64,000 nucleotides of DNA, taken from contig NC_045696.1 of the NCBI RefSeq assembly GCF_009834535.1, forward strand, positions 57,786,001 to 57,850,000, read 5' to 3'. How positions within the stretch are numbered: position 1 is the first letter of the stretch; each line of letters starts with the position of its first letter. Of the stretch, positions 53,869 through 64,000 are shown piece by piece. This DNA comes from Camelus ferus (Eukaryota). The position numbers were made by a program, and so were the translations under genes. Under the pieces are notes generated by a model. The model saw only the letters and a program-made list of their open reading frames with translations, ran no database searches and was not told the DNA's origin.

Positions 53869-54287
53869 AGGTTTTTCTCAAGTCAAGTCTCAAAACATAG
53901 ATATAAATATAATTTCCCTAGATTTTCTGATGTGGTGTTAGTCTATATTAATCTTTTTATTTTTAACTATAAAGTATATAAAGGAATAGAAATAAAATAT
54001 GATTCCATGTTTCTTTTAGCTAAAGCTGCTACACTACATATATCCATGAAATGTACATTAATTTACCAATTAGTATCACAATATAATAAAATAAAGCCCA
54101 CTAAAAAATTTAGTATTTAATCTCCTGGTTGTACTGTGTTAAATAACCTTTCTCTAAATTTTTCATATTAAAAACTTGTACATCAACTATACTTCAACAA
54201 AATTATTTTTAATTAAAAAAAAACCCACTGCCTATATTTTGAAGGTAAAGTTTGGAAACCTTACTTCAGAAATGTAAATCTTGTTCA

Positions 54288-54440
<153 letters not shown>

Positions 54441-56905
54441 CTAAAAGAACAAAGCAATGAAAAGAGAAAAATCACACCAATTTGTCACATTTCAGTGTTT
54501 TAAAAAAAATTCTTATTTTTTGTTATGTTATACTTCCTAAAACAATTTTTAAAAAATTGAATCATTTAATCTAAGGAAGAAAAGGCCAGTGCTGAATCAG
54601 CTAATCACCTAAAAACAGATTAAAGGCATGGCTGTGAGGATGGAAGAGGTCCAGCTGATTGCCCACTCGATTTGTTCCTCCCCCTGCACTCCCCACACTG
54701 GGCTTTTTTTCAGTCTCCTTTCCCTACTTCCCTTTCTTTCCCCATTATTCCACCCAAGTGTTACTCTACCAGACACCTACCTTCACACACCTGCTGGGCC
54801 ACTTCCTATTGCTATATTTTTGTCCTTTTTTTCCCAGGCCTCATGTTGTCACCAAGTGCAAAAAATGATAAAGTGAATAAAGAAAAACAAAGAATGCTAC
54901 ATTTACCAATGTAAGACAAAGCCCTTTTTAAGATTTTAAAGTTTAAGTATCAATTATGAAAAATTGTGTATGAAGGAAAGCTAACTAACTGGGTCCATCA
55001 ACTGTGTGTGCTGGCTGAAAGTAAGGGTGCCTGATGGGCAATTCTTTATTAGCCTTCATCTAGCAATCACCATTATAATTACTGGTGCATAAGTAACAGT
55101 GGTTCACCTCCTTCTAAAACGTAAGTGTTGACTTGCTCCATTTAACCAGGTTATATCATTCCTTCTTCCCTCTGAAGAGAGAATACCCTAATGCTATGCT
55201 GCTGATAGTGGTAATAGGGATATCTAAACATTATACATATATCTTACATAAAATATAGGGCTAACAACCATTCTATAAGCATCCTTCATAAGTTATATGG
55301 AATACATCTCTTAAATGATCATACTGGGGACTCTGTGGTTGAGAACTACTGGTCTAATACACACCAGGAAAGAATAAACCTTTTGCATTTCTAGAAGGCA
55401 ACACTAAAAGTGCATTAATTATAAACCTTATCCTTGTGAAGAAAGGGAATTAAACTGCCTAACAGACATTAATGCCACCTAGGAAACCTCTAGTATGCTA
55501 ATTTTTCATTGTAACATTTAGATTCACAAGGACAGCCTCAAGGCCCACATACATTGGCTAATATGCTGCTTCTGTTACTTATTAACTCCTTCAGGTATAA
55601 TTACAGAAGATTAAAGGAGCCATTGAGCCAATAGCCAAACTGGAACTATTCTTTCCAAAATAAGAACCATCCTCAGAGTTAAGAAGCTCTCCTTGCAGCT
55701 GTGTGAGACTGGCTAAATAATTAGCATTTCCAGGCTTCAGTTTCCTCTTTTGTAAAATTATGATTTATGACTATATAGTTGTTAATATCCTTTCCACCTC
55801 TAACATTTAGAGGCAACATGACTCAAGACTTAGATGCCGGATGCTATTTAATTACTTTGATATTTTGTCTAATCCCCCAGCAACTGGTAAAATAACATTA
55901 GCACTAACTAGAAGTCTATCACAATATTCTCATTTTTCTATCTGTATTTTAAAATCAAATTCAAATTGTGTGCATTTTATTAAAATGTTCAAAATTTTTC
56001 TTTCAGTCTCTCACCAGTTTCCTTACTTGATTGAGCTTTCCTCCACTATTCCCCTCTTTAACTTGGTTCCTTCCCCACTGATACACTTCTGGGTGCAGAC
56101 TACCCTCCTACCCTCACCTGCTTACTTTTCCTTCAGATGAGCCCCACCAAAAACCCACTCCCAGGTGAACAGGAGTTACTGGGCAAATCATCTTTTACTC
56201 AGTATTATCAATTATTTTGGCCTGGTTTTCATGACTATCCAATAATATTCAAAATTAAGAGCATATGCAAGAGGAATATGCATGGACATCTGTACATGTA
56301 TGTCAAAGAAGTAAGGACACTTGACAGCTAGTGACAGACTTGGTGAGAAAAATATAATACCAAACCAGGCTCATTAGCTCATTAGCATCAGATGCTTGAG
56401 GATCTGGTCACATGATAATTATTTCTGGTACATAAAGTGCTTTATCAAAGGAACTGAGATCAAATTTATTAAGGAACTCAGTAAGGTAAAAGGCATGTTC
56501 TTTGGTTAGCAGACAAAAATCCTGAACAATAACCATATCATAGCCATTCTTTCTTTGACCTGGGGTAAACAATTGTGAAATGGAGACATCTAGGGTGGGG
56601 CAGGAGAATGATTCAAAACTAGTCCAAAGTGGGTATTATCTAGGTTTTATTTTATTTTTACCAGAACTTTGAGAACTTCTGGTAGTTGAATTTTCACCAA
56701 CTATTTTTTAATCATTTTAAAACAATGCTTTTTGCCTTTAAGGGAAGTATAATGTCAACAGTTTTACTGGTTATAGGTTTGTTTTTTTAAAAATATTTTT
56801 CTTTCTAGAACAAAGGTTGATTCTAAATTAATTCTAAATTCTAATTTTCCAAACATTATTTGTTTTAGAATCCTGACAATGACCCTTGGTATGAAAAACA
56901 TTTAA

Positions 56906-57030
56906 GGGGTAGGGTATAGCACAGTAGTAAAAGTACACGCCTAGCATGCATGGCATGGTCCTGGGTTCAATCTCCAGTACCTCCATTAAAAATGAATAAA
57001 TAAATAAACCAAACTACCCCCGACAAAAAA
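56906..57030 (+). mobile_element. Camelid tRNA-derived SINE
   Basis: A/B boxes and (TAAA)n-CCCC-An tail. Confidence 0.8.
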
Positions 57031-57258
57031 GCTTTTAAAAAATTGCATATTACTATGTTGTATACTTGAAACATACAATATTGTACTTCAACTATCTCAA
57101 TTGAAAAATAAAAGTTAATGAGTTTTTATCATGGCATTTTTTTGTATGTTTTAAATCTTCCTCCAGAACTGACAAAAAGATGTAAGGAGAAACATACTAT
57201 TTAAACATATATTCCTAGAGTTTATTATATTAAAGAAACAGCTTTAAGAATTACTCCA

Positions 57259-57341
57259 GTATAACTGAAAAACTGTGCTCTACACTGGAATTTGATACAT
57301 TATAAAATGACTATAACTCAATAAAAAAAAGTTTAAAAAAA
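57259..57341 (+). mobile_element. Extremely 5'-truncated L1 (~83 bp)
   Basis: L1 terminal sequence flanked by TSD AAGAATTA(C/T)TCCA at 57246-57258 and 57342-57354. Confidence 0.8.
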
Positions 57342-59264
57342 AAGAATTATTCCAAATCAATCACTGACACCAGTAATTTTGCATTTGTAAACCATTGTTC
57401 CAAGTTCACAGACTTTTTAATTGTTCAGTATTGACTGTTATGTTTACCTTGAGAATAAACAATAAACAATGTAAAGCCAAAAAAACTCATAGATTAAAGG
57501 AAATATGCTCTAATAAGGGGATCTCACTAAAATTATCTTATTTTTACTAAGAGTATACTTTTAAGATTTGGAATTTCTAAAATTAGTGCTTTATAATAAC
57601 TTTGCTGATGTTCTCCTATGAAGAAGTATTTATCATTAGAGAGTGCAAATACACCTTCATTGGCTATAAAAGGGACTAAAGTAAGGCAGGATGACTGTAA
57701 ACAACCTGGACGCTTCACAGAGTTCCACATCTTAACTGAGACAGTATTTACAGGAACTCAGTGGTACTTATTAGCATGGACCCTCTGCTACAGGCCTAAG
57801 CCCTGAAGCAAAGATACTTGATAAACAATCCTTTACATGTCTTTATTGTTGTTAGATCCCTCTAGGATACAGAGAAAAATCCAGACACATACACAAGAAT
57901 ATCCAAAATAGAAAGGATCCAAATTTAGTATGCAAGTTTATCCTGGTCTACCAAAGAGATAAGAAATAATAACAGCAACAATAGAAGCAGCAAGCATTTA
58001 TATGTAAAACACATAGTGCACCACTTTGTATTAACTCATTTAATCCTCTAACTACCCTATGAACTAGGTACTATTCTGACACTATTTTACAAATCAGGAA
58101 GCTGAGGCAGAGGTTATGTAACATGCTCAAGGTCACCCAGCTAGGAAGTAGCAGAGGTGGGACTTAATCTAGACCTGGAATTCATGTTGTTAATCACTAC
58201 ACTCTAAACCTCTAGGTTAATAAAACGGTTGTAAATGGAAATGATTGAGTAGTTTATAGAGATTATATGGGTCAGTGAGGACGATCACTAAAGTGATTAC
58301 AAACTACTAGTTCTTCAGACAGAGCTACAAAGAAACTAAGTGAACTGTCAAACCTCAAAAGAAAGTAGGCCCTGGAAATGTGCTCTCTACTTCTAACACT
58401 AGAGTCTGTCTACTCAGTAAAGCCCACAATCTTGCAATTTTTGAAGCCGTAAGAATTACCTGACCACTTAATAACACAACATACTTTCATACAAAAGCAG
58501 ACAGGATATTAACAGTTAATGCTTTGAATTTAACTGACAAATAAATAAGTTTATCCAAAACTGACTTTTTTTTTTTTATAATTGAGAAATGGACTTTAGG
58601 TTTAAGTAATACCTTCTTTACAAGACTATGAATCCAAACACTAATCTTGTGACAGAGCCTAAAAAAAGCAAATCGTCACTTGAATATTAGCTACTAAGTT
58701 AATGAAAAAATCTAAGTAAACTATAAAAAACAGGTAGCTACATCATTATTTCTTTTTTGCTTTTGGAAATTAGAGAGAAATAAAGGAAATCTTTAAGAGG
58801 CAATTAAAAAATATATACTTGAGAAACCAAAGCCTCAGGAAAGGACAGGTTATCTGTGGCTTTTCCTTCACTCCTGCCAAATGCTTCTTTTCCCCTTTCT
58901 CATGAGTGAGGGAAGATGTAGAAAGTGTGAAGAGTTTTAATTCTTCCTTATTATCAGCTGTCTGGCTTCTTAGGATTGATTTATTCAAAGCCTTTGCTCT
59001 TGTTCCACTGTTTTACATGACTGTTTCACTCTCTCCTTCATTCTTTGGTGCATAAGGTTTCCTTAAGTGAAAGGCTGCCCACAAGGTGGGGAAAACAGCT
59101 GCTCTAATTCCTTAGAACCATCTCTTTCCAGACTTGTAATCACACATTTTCTTTAGTTTGTAGAAACCAGATCAAAACTTATAGACACCCTCACGTATGG
59201 GCAAGAAAACACGAAGAAGTCATTCTTTTATCCACAGTTTAATTATATGTCAATTGATTTCTTA

Positions 59265-59450
<186 letters not shown>

Positions 59451-61589
59451 CTATATATATTAAAAAAAAAAAAAAAAGAATAACTTGAATGGAAAGTTAA
59501 GTGGTAAAAAAGAAGCATTTAAGCAAAATAAAATAAAATAGAGCTCTTGGATATGTTACAACCCTGTAAATTAGGAGTGGGGAAACCACGCTATATATAA
59601 TGCAACCACTGGAAAATCTTTATTACAAGAATGATAGGTAAGTTATGTCATAGTAATTCTAACAACTGGCACAGCTGTTTCCTTGGCCCAAATGTGATAA
59701 TCTTAAGGGTAAAGATTGTTTCATTCATTTCCAAACCCCATTTGTTGGCACAGGGTGATCTTTCCATCTCCAGTATACAGTCAATATATGATTCTACTGA
59801 ACCTGATTATCTCAAATTGTCCCAAACAATCCAGCATAATTCTTGCTCTATTCCCTCTTTGTCTATCATTCTAAAATATGATGCTAGAGAACTTCTGGAA
59901 AGATATACAAGAAACTACCAGAAGCGATTAACTTGCAGAAATTAATCTATATGTTTATAGGCTTTTTGTTTTTTAGTTTTTTACTACAATTGTGTGTTAT
60001 TTTTGTAACAGAAATAAATAAAGTATGCTGCCAGAAAAGGAATCAAATCTCTTTGTGGCTTTCTTGTTCATAGAACAAGTAGAAATTAGTTTTACCTTTT
60101 CTCAGTAACCCAAGTACCTATTTCCCAAGGATCTCTTCCCCCTAAAAAAGGCTCCAACTCTCAAAAAGCCAACCAAAAGAAAAATAATGCCTAAACAGCA
60201 GGGGACTTTCTGACTCTGATGAGTGTATCAACACAGCACAGTCCCTCCTTCACAAATTTTGATGACGGTCATTTTGTTCACTTGTCACTGGAGAAAGGCT
60301 GGGCATCAGCTACCTTCTGATAATATAAGTTCCAGAAAAGGTTTCTAGCAGTATGCCCTTCTCTTTCTTTTTTAATCCCTGTCCCCAACCTCACCCTGGC
60401 CCCCACCTCATCCCAGACCCACAAAACAAAACACAATCACTGAACAATCATCAAGAAAATAAAAGTGTATAATCCTAGGTTTATACTTATTAAAAACATC
60501 CAACAAGTTAACATTCAATATTAACATGTATTAAAAGCACCTGTACTTTATCTTCTCTCTCCCTCTATATACCAACCTATTTCTTTCCTTTGCCAAACTT
60601 AAATTCATGACTGAAACCAACTCCATCATTTTCTTCATCCATTTGTTAAAACAAACTTTTATTGTGATTAAAGTATTATACAATCATTTTGGAAAACACA
60701 GAAAAAATTTAAAGAAAATAAAAATCATCCATAATTAACCATCATGTCCCTTTTGTTTTTTCTATACAAATTATGAATATTTTTATAAGACTGAGGTATT
60801 ACATAACATTTAAAGGTCTACTTTATGAAATTATACCATGAGATTTTGCCCATGTTACTAAAAATACCTTTTAGATATTTTTAATAGTTGCATAAATATT
60901 TTATTCTGTGGAGGAATCACAACTTATCTGGTCACTTTCCCCATAATGAACAGTTAGGTGTTTCCAATTGTAATGACCATTCAGGCCATTCAGTCTCAGT
61001 CTGCAGCCTAGATTCTATTACTATCAGGCTACTAATCTAATTAGTAACTGAATGGCCTTTTCAAGATATCAATCTAGAAATAAAACAGCTTGTAGAAGGC
61101 TCATAATTTAGACTCACAAAAACAGGCAAACATCAGAACTAAAACTAACTTCACTATCTTACCCTCTTCTTGTATCTTTCTATTTTTATCAATAGTATCA
61201 CCATTCTGTGTAAACTGGAATTGTTAGGGATAATCTCAACATATTCACTAAGCAATCATCACTTTTAAATAATATTTTATGCACAGTAGAGGATATATAA
61301 TATCAACAAGTGGCAAATTCCAAACAAATGGTGGCAGCTCTATTTAGAGAGCCAAGAAAGGTAAGTTGCAGACAGGTACCCTCAATGCCAACTTTACCTC
61401 CTACAACTTGCCTATTAAAACAGAAACAAAAAACTTTTAAAATATTTCTCTTATTTCCCACTGTCTAAATTGAACTGATCCTCTGAGACCAAGGTTTAAG
61501 TTATACCTTTTAGATGGAGATTTCCTTGGCTGAGAGCCCTCAACAATCTGTCTTCTTTAAACATTTGCAGCAGTAGAGAGTACCAGAGT

Positions 61590-63430
61590 TCATTCATTAA
61601 CTCACTATTCATTCAAAAAATATTTACTAATGTCTAGTACACTTTAGGCACCATTTTAAACACCAGGGCTACAGTGGTGAATAGAATAGAAAAAGTTCTT
61701 GCTCTTATGGAGCAAAATTCTCATAGGGGGAGAGAGACAATAAACAAGTACCCCAATAAACAAGATATTTTTAGTACTGAAAAGTACTGCAAAAAAGAAA
61801 ACTGTGGTAATGGGATAAAGAGTGACTAGTGGGGCGGAGGGGCCAATACTTCATATAGTGCAGTCAAGAAAGGCCTCTCCTAGGACGCAGTAATTGAGCT
61901 GAGATCTGAATGAGATAAATAAGCCCACTAAGAGGATACCTGGGGGAACAAGTCAAAAATTACGAGGCAAGAAAAAACTTGTGGGTGTTTGAAGAACTAA
62001 AAGGGCTGGGAGTAAATAAGAGAAAAAGTGGTGAGATCAGAGTTGAAGATGGACAACAGAGACCACAGAAACAATTAAGAATTCTGTTCTAAAGGCAACA
62101 GGGTTTTAGGCAAGGGAATGATGTAACAATTAATTTTTCAAAAGATAACTTTAGCTGCTATGTGGAGAATGAATTAGAGAGGAGAATGTAAACAGGGTGA
62201 CCATTCAGCAGACTACTATGGTGGGCGAAGCAAGAGAGAAAGATAGTTTAGGAGGCAGCAGTAGAATCAGGGGGAGGAAGTTGGATTCAGGATATATTTT
62301 GAAGATAGAGCTTAGAATGAATTGCTGATGAACTGGTGATGGGAGATGATAAAGGAAATAGGAGGACTTTTAAGGTGTGAGACCTGAGGATGTTAGTGCC
62401 ATTAACTAATGGTGGGGAAGAGAGGGGTGGATGAAAAGACCTGGAAGAAGTGGGAAGATCAAGAGTTCTATTCTGACTCAGGATATTTTATGATACTTAG
62501 GATTATTGTTAATTGTATGTGATACTGGTATTGTGTTTAAAATTGTAATCTTTTAGAAATAAAGACTGAAACATTTACAGAAAAAAAGATCTATCTAGAA
62601 TGTGCTTCAAAATAATCTTGTTAGGATGGGGAAAGTGGTAGTATACAAATGAAACAAGAGTGGCCATGAACTGATTTTGGAGCTGAGGGATGGGTACACA
62701 AGGATTCATGGTATTCTTTACCCTTTTGTGTAGTCTGAAATTTTGCATAACAAAAAGTTCTATTTTGAACATGTTAAGTTTGAGATGTCTGTTAGATATG
62801 AGCAGAAGAGTTAAGTAGAAAGGTGAATATACCAGTCTGACACTGAAACAGGCTTAAGTTATATTAACAAATTAATGTTATTTAAAGCCATGAAACAAGA
62901 AGAGATCACTGAGGGAGATTGTAGGGAATAAAGGGGGTCAACAATCAAGAAGGAACTCTAGCATCTAAAACCACAAGAGAAAGACTGATGTCACAAAAGG
63001 AGAAAGGTTTCAAGGGGGCAACTGTCAACTGTGTTGAATGTTACTAGGAAGTCAAGAAAGATGTTGACAGAAATGACTTTTAGATTTAGCAGAGCGGAAA
63101 TCATGGGTGATCTTGACAAGAGTCATTTAAATAAAGTGTTTAATGGACTGAAAAGTTAATGTGGCTTAAGTATGAAGAGTAAGAGAAAGCATGGTGTAAA
63201 ATTAGGCCCACCATTGTAGGTCACTTTACAGGACTTTAGTCTTTTTCATGAGAACAGAAAAACCAATGAAGTGTTTTAAGTACAGTGGAGTTACATGATC
63301 AGATTTGTATTCTGAAATGATTGCTTAGGTTAAAGTACTCAAGTATGGAAAATGGATTAGAGAGGAACAAGAGTAGATGCAAAGAGATTATTAGGAGACT
63401 GATTCAGCAATCCAGGTGAAAGATTATATA
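61590..63430 (-). mobile_element. L2 remnants
   Basis: cattcattcaa terminus and purine-rich degenerate L2 body. Confidence 0.65.
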
Positions 63431-63699
63431 TCTTGACATTTCCTAGAGCTTTTATTTACTTTGAACTTTAACCAGTTTTGACTCTGCTCATTAGCTATAT
63501 AGCCAAGTTTCCCTCCAATAAAACAATTTAGACATACTGTTAAGTTCTTTAAACAGTAATGGGAATTTATCAGCATTAACTAGGTAATGAATTAATCAAT
63601 TTCATAGTCTTACCAATGGAACCTACAATTGTGAATTTTCAAATATATCATTTCTCTGTGTGCTAAAGAATCATCAATACATGGCCTAAAGCTTGGCTT

Positions 63700-63878
63700 T
63701 TAATATGGTAGACATGCCATATGAGGTTATTTTAATTAAAATTAAATGAAATTTAAAATTTAGTTTTGCAGTTGTTCCTAGCTACATTTCAAGTGCCCAA
63801 GAGCCACATGTTGCTAGTGGCTGTCATACTGGGTAGCACAAATTTCCACCATCACAGGAAGTTCTACTGGACAGTATT
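63700..63878. mobile_element. MER3/MER33-type hAT relic
   Basis: gccacatg..gctagtggct..cata..gg..agcaca and gaaagttctactggacag-like motifs. Confidence 0.65.
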
Positions 63879-64000
63879 AAACTCAAGATAATACATTGAC
63901 AATCTCTAAACTGATAATGTACTTGTTCAGGAATTGCTGAGAACTGTAAGCTTTCTTAAATGTCACAGGAAAGATATCAGAAAAGCTAAAGATAAGGGAA

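Noticed and set aside
60215..60295. TGATGA boxes suggesting a C/D snoRNA
   Set aside because: Opposite strand to the host gene, with no matching D box or terminal stem.

Overview
Mammalian genomic DNA, most likely camelid (alpaca, llama or camel), judged from four tRNA-derived SINEs resembling vic-1 and the young L1 3' ends. It holds the complete 3-exon CSTA (stefin A) gene on + and the last four coding exons of MIX23/CCDC58 on -; the MIX23 first exon lies beyond the window. An OCIAD2 processed retrocopy with a perfect 17-bp TSD sits inside an old L1, among many L1, L2, MIR, MaLR-LTR and hAT relics. The main unexplained signal is on the - strand at ~9.6-16.9 kb. Manual translation shows six collinear, heavily decayed exon remnants of a class C GPCR (CaSR/GPRC6A/V2R-like): N-terminus, Venus flytrap, cysteine-rich domain and 7TM. 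Exon order and sizes match the CASR-type gene structure. It appears to be an ancient unitary pseudogene invisible to the ORF track. All homology calls are by-eye comparisons with protein sequences recalled from memory, not database searches; repeat boundaries are approximate.
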